Origin: Fastidiosibacter lacustris
GTDB lineage: Bacteria; Pseudomonadota; Gammaproteobacteria; Francisellales; Francisellaceae
NCBI RefSeq assembly: GCF_003428155.1
Contig: NZ_QLIR01000014.1
Span: forward strand, 1 to 32,000
Reading direction: 5' to 3'
DNA: 32,000 nucleotides
The translations under genes were made by a program, and so were the position numbers. The notes under the pieces are model-generated. The model did not search any database, was not told the origin of the DNA, and was given only the letters and a program-made list of their open reading frames with translations. Numbering within the stretch: the stretch's first letter is position 1; each line of letters opens with the position of its first letter. This document shows, in pieces, positions 1-11,087 of the stretch.

Positions 1-333
1 AGTTTGCAACAGAACGAGATTTGCTAAGTGTCAAGAAGCAATATAGTTTTCAGACTATCTGTCCTAAATTTTACGTTAAACTTGTTTATTATAATTTGAC
101 CAACATAATATCAAGAAAGATAAAATAGAGAACATTTACGTGCCAAAGTCTATTTTTTTAGATTATTCCATCGAAGTTCAAAATCAAAACGTAAAAGAAT
201 TATCAGAGGTACTTTGCTTTGACTTTAGATTTTTTTAAATATAGAGATGAACATAAAAATTTAAAAAATATAAAAGTGGTGACTAAAATTCACGATTGAA
301 GCAGAAATATGAGAGAACAAGTTGAGAACACAA

Positions 334-3075
334 ATGAAAAATAGTAACAAAAAAATATTAGTTTTAACTGTGCTTGGCTTTTTGTATAACGGTACATATG
401 CTACATGCACTTTAAAAGAAATCAGCGGAGATTGGACGAAGACCTTAAGTTTTAGCTGTGATGAAGATATTGATCTGACACAACGAGCCATTGAGTTTAC
501 AATAGACCAAGGGAAAATAAATGCGGTTTGGGATCTCAGGGACAATACAGCTAAAAAGGAATTATCTGCACCAGTGACTATATCTCAAGATGAACGAAAT
601 ATTAAGGTTCAGTATGGACAATATTGGTGGCCAGAAGAGGATGTAATATTACCTAAAGGTCATCTGGCAAGTTTTACTTTTTCATCTACAGAAAATAACT
701 TAAATATTACTGAGTTCCACGTTCAGTCCTCACAACCAGAAGAAACAAGTCTGTTATTATTTGAGCAAGCAAACGATAGTCACACACTACCCAATGACAC
801 TGTAATTGAGCTTATGGAAAATGGGGTAATTGCGTATAGGGTTACTTGGAAATCAGTAAAAACACAAGGTTTAAACGTAACTCCCGGGAGATATAGCATT
901 AGCGCATATGTTAAAAAGGATGATATACAGCAACCAGTTGCTATTGTTTCAGCCAATCCTGTGACAGCAGTTAAAAATAAATCGCAAATCGTGACGTTAA
1001 AGTATCAATTGCAAGATTCACAGTTAAAATTCAGCTTGTTGCATGAAAAACCACAAGGAATCAGTAACAACGTTGTTTCCGTGACAATAGAGGATAAAAA
1101 TAGTGTAAGTGATAGCCAAACCTTAGATGTCCCTTGGGGTGCAGATAAGACGATTACATTGGCAAAAGATAAAACCTATCGGTTTAGTACAGAAGATATA
1201 ACTGGCTCTATGAGCGTTTACCACTTTACATTTTCTCCAACTGAAGTAACTCTTGAAAATCCAAGCACCATTTACTCTGTGAGCATGAACGTTACAGAAA
1301 CACCGATTATCACTTACCCTGTTTTTTATACAATCTCAGGATTACCAACAGGTAGCAAAACAACGTTGACATTAAGTCAGGCAGGCAAGGTAATTGATAA
1401 ACAAGAGATTGAAGATACGCATGGTGAAGAACTAAAAGTGAATTTGCCAGTGGGTAGTTATGAAGTGGATGCTGCAAGTATCACGATAGGTGACTATCAA
1501 TATAGCTTAAAACCGCAAACAGTAGTGATTCAGAATTGTCAAAGTTGTAATCACTTTGTCTTGCAATTTGATAAAAATGAAGCTCATCCATCTGTAAAGG
1601 GCTGGCCAAATTATATTGCTATGGGAGCTGTGACGGATGCCAATTTCCTAAATCCAACACAGTTTAGAGATCGACCTGTAGATGCAATTTTTAAATATGC
1701 AGGTGATGGCGGAAATGGTGACCCTGGTATGATTATTTATCCAATTTACACTCAAAACACCTATAAACTTGCGCAGGTGGTTACAGAGCAAAATAAGCGT
1801 GTAACTCGTCCTGTTATGGTGATTTATACTGCCGAAATGAGCGGGGGCACAAGTTTTAAAGATTTTGATAATAGTAAAAGTGAAGATGAGCTACAAAACC
1901 TGATTTTAACAAAGCATTTTATTAACTTAATGTTGGAAGCACAGACCATTCAAGCTGAAGGAAAGAAGTATGATCTGCCAGGATCAATTATATTAAACCC
2001 TGATCTTATGGGGATGATCCAGCAAATGTCTTTATATAAGGACTTGCTTGATCCAAATTCACCAACTTTTATAGATGTCAAAAACGCATTGCAGCAGGCT
2101 TATTGGTTCGTTACAACTGCGCATAATTGGACAATTATGTTGAATAACGGTAAGACACTGAATATTAACAACAAAACACCTGAAGGTTTTTTTCAAATTG
2201 CTGAAAATGGATCTCTTAAACCAGACGTTTATAGCCCATGGGACGTTAAAAAACCATGGGAAGAGAATGCTATTGAAATATTAAAAGATTATAAAGGTCA
2301 AACGGCGCAATTGCCAAACTTCAGCGATGACTTTAAAGGTTGGATCCAGGCTAGTAACTGGGTGATCAAAAACTTTGCTCCAGATATTAGCTTTGGGTGG
2401 CAAGAAAATGTCTGGAATGTGATAGGTGCAAATTGGTTGCATAAGGATTTAACAGAACAACAAGTAGAGGAAGTTATCAGTAATTCAACGATTAAATTGT
2501 GGCAGGATGCTGGCTTGTATACCGGAGCTTACAAACCAGATTTTTTGGTATTTGATAAATACGAGCGTAATCCAATACCAGGTGAAGTAGGTGCAGGATT
2601 TGTTTGGAATAGCCGTGACTGGAATAATTATCTAACTTATGTCAAACAATTATCAGAAGGTTTGGGTAAAGTGCCTGTAATGTTATGGCAATTGCCAGGA
2701 GGGCATTTACAGACGACAGAGGAGCTTGATCAAGGTACCCATGGGGCAACAGCGCCTGATTACTTCTTGGGTAATCCTGTGGTTAAAAAAGACTTAAGTA
2801 ATCTACAAAGCTATATCAAAAATATTACTCTGCAAAAAGAGATTTATGATTGTGAACCAGCATGTCAATTGCCACAGTATTTATTGAGTAATGGTCAGAT
2901 GATCAGCAATTATGATTGGTCGCGCGACAACATGGATAAAGCGCAACAAAGCCATGTATTTGCTATCCTATGGGGTGGCGGTAGTACCACTAGTGTCGGG
3001 ACTTTCCCCATGGATGATGGTGGCTGGCTTGCCACTCAGATCAAACGATATTACAATAACCCACAACCGGTATGA
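334..3075 (+). CDS. Large secreted protein, possible glycoside-hydrolase-like C-terminal region
   Basis: ORF 322..3075 (TTG start). The internal ATG at 334 gives a Lys-rich, hydrophobic signal-like N-terminus (MKNSNKKILVLTVLGFLYNGTYA). The C-terminal half is Trp/Tyr rich with segments such as YKPDFLVFDKYERN and VPVMLWQLPGGH, as seen in TIM-barrel hydrolases. Family not identified. Confidence 0.6.
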   Translation: MKNSNKKILVLTVLGFLYNGTYATCTLKEISGDWTKTLSFSCDEDIDLTQRAIEFTIDQGKINAVWDLRDNTAKKELSAPVTISQDERNIKVQYGQYWWPEEDVILPKGHLASFTFSSTENNLNITEFHVQSSQPEETSLLLFEQANDSHTLPNDTVIELMENGVIAYRVTWKSVKTQGLNVTPGRYSISAYVKKDDIQQPVAIVSANPVTAVKNKSQIVTLKYQLQDSQLKFSLLHEKPQGISNNVVSVTIEDKNSVSDSQTLDVPWGADKTITLAKDKTYRFSTEDITGSMSVYHFTFSPTEVTLENPSTIYSVSMNVTETPIITYPVFYTISGLPTGSKTTLTLSQAGKVIDKQEIEDTHGEELKVNLPVGSYEVDAASITIGDYQYSLKPQTVVIQNCQSCNHFVLQFDKNEAHPSVKGWPNYIAMGAVTDANFLNPTQFRDRPVDAIFKYAGDGGNGDPGMIIYPIYTQNTYKLAQVVTEQNKRVTRPVMVIYTAEMSGGTSFKDFDNSKSEDELQNLILTKHFINLMLEAQTIQAEGKKYDLPGSIILNPDLMGMIQQMSLYKDLLDPNSPTFIDVKNALQQAYWFVTTAHNWTIMLNNGKTLNINNKTPEGFFQIAENGSLKPDVYSPWDVKKPWEENAIEILKDYKGQTAQLPNFSDDFKGWIQASNWVIKNFAPDISFGWQENVWNVIGANWLHKDLTEQQVEEVISNSTIKLWQDAGLYTGAYKPDFLVFDKYERNPIPGEVGAGFVWNSRDWNNYLTYVKQLSEGLGKVPVMLWQLPGGHLQTTEELDQGTHGATAPDYFLGNPVVKKDLSNLQSYIKNITLQKEIYDCEPACQLPQYLLSNGQMISNYDWSRDNMDKAQQSHVFAILWGGGSTTSVGTFPMDDGGWLATQIKRYYNNPQPV

Positions 3076-3311
3076 AACTTGTAAAATCGTTATTTTAACC
3101 ATGAATTCTGGGTGAATTATTTATTGGGATGAAGTTAAAAGAATTTAAACCATCTCTATAAATTAGACGATTTATAATTGCAATCGATAGTATCTATCGT
3201 TACAGCTAAAACGCCTAATTTTCTAAACTATCCTGGTTAAATATCTGTCGTAACGAGTACGTATAGCCTGCAAAATTTTTGAAACGGTAGCAAAAATAAA
3301 ATAGAGTATTT

Positions 3312-5163
3312 TCACCTGCCTACAGTGTTGTCAGTCAAAACCACCTGAAAATAAAAATCCTGAGTTGGAAGTTTCACGTGACTTAATTTTATTTTGATGG
3401 TTTCATCTAATTCTACCGACTCCACTAATGTGAGTTTTTTGATTAGCGATAATGCGGGAATAAATATGGTGACACGATTCCCTTGTTGTTTTTCGATCAC
3501 GATTGCCGCACCCTCCCAGCCACAATGTTGCATAAGGTAAACGCATTTCCAATGATTGTTACTAAACATTTCTGATTGACGTGCAGCCTTGATGCCAGAT
3601 TCACTTTCACCAATACGCACCAAAATCTCTTCCTCTGAAAACAGTGTTTCACCTTTTAGAAAGCGGCGAAGTTGCTGATGAACAACCAGATCTAAATAAC
3701 GCCTTAATGGGCTTGTAGCTTGAACGTAAGCAGATAATCCCATTCCTGCGTGACGATCAGCGACACTCTTATATTGACCTTTTTGTAGGCGTCTTCTTAT
3801 GGCAAACATCTCGGATAACTTAACAGGCATTTGCTCTTCTGGAGTTAAATCATGCTCTGGCTGAGTTGAAAATGGTAATGGAATATTATGCATATCAGCA
3901 AATTTCGCTATAGCAACACCTGCCATAAGCATCGCATCACGCACGATATTACGACTTTTTAATATTTCAAGTTCCCTAATCTCAACTTTATATTCTCTCA
4001 ACTGTAGTTTGACTTCAGGAAACTGTAGATCAACAGCGCCATGCTGATGACGATATTGATTGAAGGCTTTAGAAGCTTCAACAAAATATTGAAATGGTTT
4101 TTCTGTTAGTCTTGCTTCAGCTGCTGTATAACTTAGACGCTTGACCTTGATAGTCGATAATACCACTTCAATATCTTGAATTTCGCCATCTAACACTCTA
4201 AATCCAACAGAAAGCGCAGGTGAAAGTGGGTGTAACCCTAGTGCCAAGTTATGTGTTACTTGATGTGGTAGCATTGGTACAATCTTTTCTGGCAAATATA
4301 GATTAGTACCTCTGGCACGCGCTTCAATATCTATTTTACCATCGGGAGTGATTATTGCCGCAGGATCTGCAACGTGCACCCAAAACTTTTGATTGGTTTC
4401 ATCAAAACTGATTGCATCATCTGGGTCATGGCTATCTTCATCATCAATAGCATAACTTTCCATATGGGTTAAATCTACTCTTGTTTCATCTTGAAGCTTA
4501 GGTAAATCAAACTTTGGCTCATCTAAACTTATGCCCATTCTGATTGGATATGGATTAAAAAACTCATTCCAATAATTTATTTCCAGTAATAATAGATGTG
4601 CATTTTGTTGATTTTCTTCTTTGTCTAAGAATTTAAAAAAACCGACAACTTAAACTTTGCCCTAGGGCAAAACTCACAATCTCTTTAAGGAAGGGTTCAT
4701 CTTGAGTGAGATAGGTCTTCTGTTTTAACCGAGTGATAAAACTCTCTAAGGCTTGCGCTTTTTGTTTTTTCTTTTCTGCTTCTTTGATAATAGCAGCTAT
4801 CGTTTCTTCATTATTGACAACGATTTCACCAGATTCTTCAGCAAAATGGACATTCTTTTGCACATGTTGCCATGTGGCATAAGCCGTAGCAGGTGTATAC
4901 TCACCATAAATTAATTCGCTTAATTCTGGATAGCTTGTTTTTTCACCTTGTAATAAATTCCAGGCTTCAATTAACTCACCATCTCCTAATTCATCTGCAA
5001 GTACATCAAACTTCTTAAAACCACCATCATGTAGCAATAATAAATTTTTTTCGGGCAATTTTATGGTTTTTTCATTTTCTAACTGAATTTCGACTTTCTT
5101 ATCTTGAAAACCAATCACTCTCGCTGGGTGATTTTTAAAAATTACTAAACTATCTATTTGCAT
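3312..5163 (-). pseudogene. RNB (RNase II/R-like) domain ribonuclease split by a frameshift: N-terminal part 4633..5163, catalytic part 3312..about 4641
   Basis: The catalytic fragment contains DDEDSHDPDDAIS and HVADPAAII plus SPLRRYLDLVVHQQL, which are RNB hallmarks. The upstream ORF (MQIDSLVIFKNHPARV...) ends at a 7-A run (+ strand 4635-4641). Skipping one base there joins it to an open frame (FKFLDKEENQQNAHLLLLEINYWNEFFNPYPIRMGISLDEPKF). Confidence 0.75.
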
Positions 5164-5338
5164 TCTTAACTACATATCAGCTTGATGGATTAGGGCTATG
5201 GTATCAAAAAAGCGAATAAACAGGGATGATTGTTACTGATTTTTTTGGTTTAGAAAAAATCCCCAATCAGAATCGATAATTATACGATAAGGGCCCCAGG
5301 AAATTAAGCCTTCTCAGGATAGCTCTACAAGACTAAAA

Positions 5339-6556
5339 TTAGCGAATAATATCATGACTTTCATTGGCAAAAATAGCACGTGCATGTAGCAAATATAGGA
5401 TGATCGCCAGCACTGACAAAAGCAAAGCAAAGCTTAGCCATATCCAGAATATATTGGCACTTGATATAAAGGGGATAACGACAAATAAGGCAATGCCGCC
5501 TGTACATTTACCAATCAGATCAATAATGCTGATCCCTGTTGAGTGATATTGCTTATCGATGTTGCGTGCCACCAGAACGTTCACCAAATTAGTGGCATTG
5601 GATAGAAGACCGTTAAAGCTAGCATATAAAAATATAACAATAACAATCAAAGCAGTGCTGGAAGAGAAAAACAGTAATAAATACAAGGATGAGCTTGCTA
5701 AAAGGAGGCTAAGCACAATGGAGGGGATTAATGGTAGTTTTGTATAAATATATTTGCGAAATAGTATGGAATATAGATATTGTCCACATAAAGTAAATGA
5801 AAAAATAAGTGCCAAAACTAGAGGTTGTACTAAACCTGTATGGACAAAAAATGGCTGCCAATATTGATAAATAAACTGCATCATTCCTATACTAACGACC
5901 CCTGAGATGAGGAAAACTTTGCCTATATTACTGACTAAAAGATAACGAAATGCTGATACAAATATCATACGCGATGGTAATGGCTTTTCTTTATTTTCAG
6001 GCGCTCCAGCCTTCTCTTCAGGAAGTATGCAATAGAAAAGCGTCACTAAAATAAGACAAATAACGGTAATGATAAATACATAGGTTGATATCAGCGCACC
6101 AATGATGGAGGCAGTAGTAATAGATAAAAACACCATTTCAGAAGAGCGAATGATGTTGTTCATAAAGCGATAATCATGGCGCTTACTATTTAAATGCAGT
6201 AACCAAGCTTCATAACTGCCAGCATAGAACGCTAGTCCCATTCCATTAAAAATTTCACCTAAAATTACTTTATTAGAGGTTGGTTCTATTAGTAAGCTAA
6301 AATACATAATTTGGCACAAACACGCTATAATTAAAGCCTTTTTTCGACCATACCTATCGGCAACCATACCAGCAGGAATAGTGACAATGGTCGAAGTAAT
6401 TAATTGTAAAGCCTTGGCTAAAGTAAACGCTTGTAGGGATACGCCATGCGCTAGAATGACTACAACGATAATCGCACCTGGTAAGGTGCGTGAAAAATTG
6501 AAGAGAGCATTATTGATGAGTAATGCAGGAAGTGTTTTTTTATCTAACACAGTCAT
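5339..6556 (-). CDS. MFS transporter
   Basis: About 12 hydrophobic segments. MFS signature-like AGMVADRYGRKKAL after TM2. Confidence 0.85.
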   Translation of the reverse strand: MTVLDKKTLPALLINNALFNFSRTLPGAIIVVVILAHGVSLQAFTLAKALQLITSTIVTIPAGMVADRYGRKKALIIACLCQIMYFSLLIEPTSNKVILGEIFNGMGLAFYAGSYEAWLLHLNSKRHDYRFMNNIIRSSEMVFLSITTASIIGALISTYVFIITVICLILVTLFYCILPEEKAGAPENKEKPLPSRMIFVSAFRYLLVSNIGKVFLISGVVSIGMMQFIYQYWQPFFVHTGLVQPLVLALIFSFTLCGQYLYSILFRKYIYTKLPLIPSIVLSLLLASSSLYLLLFFSSSTALIVIVIFLYASFNGLLSNATNLVNVLVARNIDKQYHSTGISIIDLIGKCTGGIALFVVIPFISSANIFWIWLSFALLLSVLAIILYLLHARAIFANESHDIIR

Positions 6557-6858
6557 TTAACATCCCACACAATGTTTGCCATATGTCTATGAGCTTATCC
6601 GAGAAGCCATATAATTTATATTCTATAATACACATGGTTCATCACTATAATATCTGTAATTTGAATATGTTACACACTTTTGGAATATCAACAAATGTTA
6701 TTCATAAGCTTTATGTTGTCAGTCAAAAAAGCATATATAAGGAAGATGCTTGTTGATAAGTTTTTTTATATACTCATATTAAATATTGAAATTTCTTAGA
6801 GCTTGTCGCAAGCATAGCAACGGTAAGAGGCTCTAGCTATCACAAATTAAGGGTCAAA

Positions 6859-7629
6859 ATGTCACAATCAAAACCAATTGTTTTAATTACTGGAGCAAGT
6901 GCAGGCTTTGGCGCAGCTATGGCAAAAAAATACAATGCCAATGGTCACCCAGTCATTTTAACCGCACGACGCTTTGACAGACTTAAGAAGTTAACACAAG
7001 AGCTAGATTCAAACTTTCCTATTCACATCGCTCAATTAGATGTTACGCAGAAGAATGATATTGAGCAGTTTATCAAAGCTTTACCTATGACGATGCGGAA
7101 CATTGGGATTTTGATTAATAACGCAGGACTTGCTCTTGGTCTTTCAAGCTTTCAAAATGCTGATGAGCTTGATTTTGAAACGATGATCAACACCAATATT
7201 AAAGGGCTCATCTATATGACTAAACGCATTTTGCCATTTATGCTTAATAATAACATGGGTCATATTGTCAATATTGGCTCTATCGCTGCAAACTGGCCTT
7301 ATCCTGGCGGTCATGTATACTGTGCAACCAAAGCTTTCGTCCAACAATTTTCACGCACACTTCGTTGTGATTTACAAGGTAAAAACATTCGCGTAAGTGA
7401 AATTGAACCAGGTATGTCACAAACCGAATTTTCTTTGGTGCGCTTTAAGGGTGACGAAGTCAAAGCAAATGAAGTTTACGCAGGAAACTCACCACTTATT
7501 GCTGAAGATATTGCAAACATTGTTTACTTTACCACGACTCTACCACCACATATCAATATCAACACGTTAGAGGTCATGCCAACTTGCCAAAGCTGGGCAC
7601 CATTAAGTATCGTCAGTCAATCACTTTAA
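6859..7629 (+). CDS. SDR family NAD(P)-dependent oxidoreductase (YdfG-like)
   Basis: TGASAGFGAAMAKKY (TGxxxGxG), NNAG, and YCATKAF (YxxxK active site). Confidence 0.92.
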   Translation: MSQSKPIVLITGASAGFGAAMAKKYNANGHPVILTARRFDRLKKLTQELDSNFPIHIAQLDVTQKNDIEQFIKALPMTMRNIGILINNAGLALGLSSFQNADELDFETMINTNIKGLIYMTKRILPFMLNNNMGHIVNIGSIAANWPYPGGHVYCATKAFVQQFSRTLRCDLQGKNIRVSEIEPGMSQTEFSLVRFKGDEVKANEVYAGNSPLIAEDIANIVYFTTTLPPHININTLEVMPTCQSWAPLSIVSQSL

Positions 7630-7640
7630 AGGAGGCTAAT

Positions 7641-8525
7641 ATGTGGAGCATTTTGTCACTTATTGTGGCACAGATGGTAACTGGGATAAATATTACAGGT
7701 TCTAAGTTTCTAGTGGCAAACCTACCTATTGTCGTGCTACTGGAAATTCGATTTGTTGTTGGTAGCCTAGTGTTGATGCTGTGTATGCCTTTTTTGCAAC
7801 AAAAAAATAATCCACAAGATAAAATTTGCACTTTAGCCAAAAAGGATTGGTTTATTTTGATCATGCAAGCACTTTGTGCTGGAATGTTTTTTAACCTTCT
7901 TATGCTTTCTGGCATTCAGTTTACCACGGCTAGTATGGCAGGGCTTATTACTAGCACACTGCCAGCAATGATTATTATTCTATCATTCTTTATTTTTAAA
8001 CAACGCATCACGCGTTTAAAAGCACTATGCATCATATTTGCTACCATTGGTTTAATTGCGATTAATGGCACAAATATCACGGCTAATGATTTCTCATCGT
8101 TATCGCTTATCGGTGACGGGATTATTTTGATCGCGATGCTTCCTGAAGCGTTATACTATGTGATCAGCAAATTCAAAAGTACAGAGCTATCTGCTGTAAA
8201 ATCAGCATTTTTAATGAATATTATTAATGCCATTGCCATGGTCCCATTTTTGTTTTTTACCAATTGGTATGAATTAGTGGTACTTAGTTACATTGCTTAT
8301 TTTGTATTGCTTTTAGTTTCTATCTCTTCAGCGCTGTTTTATTTGTTTTGGTTTATGGGATGTAATCAAGTCAGCGCGAGCACAGCTGGACTCGTTACAG
8401 CAGCAATGCCAATTTCAACCCTGCTACTATCATTTATTTTTTTAGACGAAAAAATTACTCTCATTCAAGGCGTTGGAACGTTGCTTATCCTTACCTCTAT
8501 CATGCTTGGGGCAAGGAAAGGTTAA
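7641..8525 (+). CDS. EamA/DMT family transporter
   Basis: ORF 7584..8525. The ATG at 7641 is preceded by a strong AAAGGAGG. Ten-TM EamA-like pattern with two repeats. Confidence 0.85.
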   Translation: MWSILSLIVAQMVTGINITGSKFLVANLPIVVLLEIRFVVGSLVLMLCMPFLQQKNNPQDKICTLAKKDWFILIMQALCAGMFFNLLMLSGIQFTTASMAGLITSTLPAMIIILSFFIFKQRITRLKALCIIFATIGLIAINGTNITANDFSSLSLIGDGIILIAMLPEALYYVISKFKSTELSAVKSAFLMNIINAIAMVPFLFFTNWYELVVLSYIAYFVLLLVSISSALFYLFWFMGCNQVSASTAGLVTAAMPISTLLLSFIFLDEKITLIQGVGTLLILTSIMLGARKG

Positions 8526-9931
8526 CCGTGTTTAATAAACCTTCTAACACAAAAACATAACATGCTGCCGATTACCGTCAGTGCAATGAATAATAGTAGA
8601 CCTAAAGCCATACTTGATTTGACTGACTCAGTATCCCCGGCAATAGTTACACACTGTGAAATAGCACCCGCCAGTTTGCCACCAATGCCAAGTGTTACCA
8701 ACCATATGCCCATGTAGAGTGACACGTAATTCGGTGGCGCTAATTTAGTAATAAGCGATAAACCAATTGCAGAAAGCGATAGCTCACTAATTGCCATCAC
8801 TAAAAATGCAATGATCATATAAGTTGCAGCCATACTACTATCTATTGGTGTAAGTTTGATGCCAATCCAAATAATTAAAAAGACCAACGCTAATGTCATA
8901 AAGCCAAAGTTAAATTTATCGATATCATGTATCGGTTTGCCTTTGTGATCAAAGTAGAGCCATATTTTCCCCATGAAAAAGCCAAAAATAAGCACTCCAG
9001 CTGCCTCAAAACTTAAAAACTGAGAAGTTAATATATTCCAGCCCAGAAAATGTGAATTTACGCCTTGCGAGATAAATAACAATATCGAAATAAATATTTG
9101 AAAAAACAGCGCCCAGTATAAAATGGAAAGCACAAAAAACACTAACAACACGATTACATTACGCCAATATTTTTTTTGTGCCGAAAATGTCATAATCACC
9201 AAACATCCGATTGCTGCAACAATAATTGCTACATTTGCAATAATGGGATTTTTTAAAATAATGAACACCATCACAAAATATCCGACCAAAATAACAGTTG
9301 TTTTAGCAATAATAGTTAAGTTTATTCTGACTTCTTTTATGTGTTTAACCAACAAGAAAAAACCAATAATCAGATTTATTAGCACCAAAATCGAAACAAT
9401 TAAACTTGAATAAAACGGTGCTGCAAATCCATACGTGTCATTCAAATATGAAGCGATAAATAGCGCAGCAAAACCACCTGCATTAATACCAATGTAGAAG
9501 ATATTAAATCCAAAATCACGCTGCCCTTCAGTGGCGCCTGTATGATCATAAAAGCGTCCAATAAAAGAGCTAATATTCGACTTGATTAATCCCGTACTAA
9601 TTGAGATAAATGCAAGTCCAACAAATAGTAGATTTTCAGAACTTGCAATAGCAAGTATACAACTACCTGTAATCATGAATCCAACACCGAGTATTGCTGA
9701 GCGATAATAACTAATCAGTTTGTCAGCAATGTAGCCTCCCACTAAAGCAGAAATATATACCATGCTTAATACTGTTCCAACTAAAGAGGCGCTTGCTGCC
9801 TGTGGAAGATTAAATTTTTGGATTAAAAAGAAGATTAATAGTGATTGAATAACGTAGTAACTGTAGCGCTCTCCAAATTCAGTAAGGCTTGTGATGGTTA
9901 AAACGCTGGTTTGTCCTTTTAAAGTTTTCAT
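8522..9931 (-). CDS. POT/PTR2 family proton-dependent peptide transporter
   Basis: N-terminal FGERYSYYVIQSLLIFFL and FYIGINAGGFAA, as in the POT family (FYxxINxG). 469 aa. Confidence 0.88.
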   Translation of the reverse strand: MKTLKGQTSVLTITSLTEFGERYSYYVIQSLLIFFLIQKFNLPQAASASLVGTVLSMVYISALVGGYIADKLISYYRSAILGVGFMITGSCILAIASSENLLFVGLAFISISTGLIKSNISSFIGRFYDHTGATEGQRDFGFNIFYIGINAGGFAALFIASYLNDTYGFAAPFYSSLIVSILVLINLIIGFFLLVKHIKEVRINLTIIAKTTVILVGYFVMVFIILKNPIIANVAIIVAAIGCLVIMTFSAQKKYWRNVIVLLVFFVLSILYWALFFQIFISILLFISQGVNSHFLGWNILTSQFLSFEAAGVLIFGFFMGKIWLYFDHKGKPIHDIDKFNFGFMTLALVFLIIWIGIKLTPIDSSMAATYMIIAFLVMAISELSLSAIGLSLITKLAPPNYVSLYMGIWLVTLGIGGKLAGAISQCVTIAGDTESVKSSMALGLLLFIALTVIGSMLCFCVRRFIKHG

Positions 9932-10140
9932 TCAGTTTTCGACTAAATTTAAATTGCTTAAGCGTAGATTCGATAATAAAAGTATCGAAAAATCAAGAAA
10001 AAGTTTACTCTAAACGTAACTGCTCAGAAAATAATTCCCATCCCTTTTAAATAATTTGTTGTTAAATACTGTGTAAATTCAAATTCTCGTTACACATTTA
10101 GTAACAAATAAGTATGGTTACTTTTAAATCTTATTATGTT

Positions 10141-10260
10141 CTAATCTGAGCAAAATAGTGATTTTTTAGCAGCTTTCACTTAATTCAAGTTAAATTTAAC
10201 ACGTTAATTAATACAACTTGAAATTCAGATTAGACAATGGCACAGTGATAACTGTGTTTT
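10141..10260 (+). promoter_or_regulatory. Candidate structured leader upstream of trpC
   Basis: Nested perfect inverted repeats (9 bp outer, 8 bp inner) followed by a terminator-like hairpin CACAGT-GATA-ACTGTG-TTTT. Confidence 0.45.
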
Positions 10261-10281
10261 GTAACCCTTTAGGATAATGAT

Positions 10282-11037
10282 ATGATTCTACGACAAATTA
10301 TCGAATCCAAGGATAAAGAACTTTTATCTCTTCCAACTATCGACTCAAAGTACTTAGCTAAATCCAATAATAATTTTTTAACAGCTATCCATAAGGCGAA
10401 AGTTGCAATTATTGCGGAACTTAAAGCACGGTCCCCTTCAGAAGGGATAATTGACCCACACTATGATCTGATTAAGATTGCGACAGAATATGAACAAGGT
10501 GGTGCTTGTGCACTTTCTATTTTAACCGATAAGCCATTTTTTGGTGGGAGCTTTGAGGATATTCAAAGAGTAAGGCAAGTTACAAGTTTACCTATATTGT
10601 GTAAAGAGTTTATTATAGATGAAAAGCAGGTATATCATGCGCGTAAAAGTGGGGCTGATGCGTGTTTGTTAATCGTTCGTTGTTTAACAGCAGATAAACT
10701 AAAATTACTCATTGAATGTGTTGAATCTTTAAATATGACAGCACTTGTTGAAGTTTTTGATGAGCAAGAAACAAAAATGGCGCTTAACTGTGGGGCAACA
10801 CTTATCGGTGTTAATAATCGTGATCTTGATAGTCTTGAGATGGATATGAACAACATTGCACGCTTAGCAAAAATCATACCTAACTATGTTACCCTATTGA
10901 GTCTATCAGGTGTTAAAACAGCAGAAGACTTATATTATTATGCGACAACCTATGATGGAGTACTTGCAGGCACGTTACTGATGAAAGCAAATGATAAGGT
11001 AGCGCTGTTACGTAGCGCTATTTATACACGTCCATAA
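10282..11037 (+). CDS. trpC: Indole-3-glycerol phosphate synthase
   Basis: VAIIAELKARSPSEG, LCKEFIIDEKQVYHARKSGADACLLI and GVNNRDL motifs of TrpC. 251 aa. Confidence 0.95.
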   Translation: MILRQIIESKDKELLSLPTIDSKYLAKSNNNFLTAIHKAKVAIIAELKARSPSEGIIDPHYDLIKIATEYEQGGACALSILTDKPFFGGSFEDIQRVRQVTSLPILCKEFIIDEKQVYHARKSGADACLLIVRCLTADKLKLLIECVESLNMTALVEVFDEQETKMALNCGATLIGVNNRDLDSLEMDMNNIARLAKIIPNYVTLLSLSGVKTAEDLYYYATTYDGVLAGTLLMKANDKVALLRSAIYTRP

Positions 11038-11087
11038 AATGGTTAAGTTTAGTGCAAAAAGATAAAATAAAAAGGGAAAGGAAAGAT

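Noticed and set aside
261-545. Minus-strand 94-aa ORF overlapping the secreted protein gene
   Set aside because: Antisense to the signal-peptide region of a long coding ORF. No independent support.
6523-6756. Plus-strand 77-aa ORF overlapping the MFS gene start
   Set aside because: Low-complexity, His/Asn/Met-rich composition in an AT-rich gap. No domain and no clear RBS.
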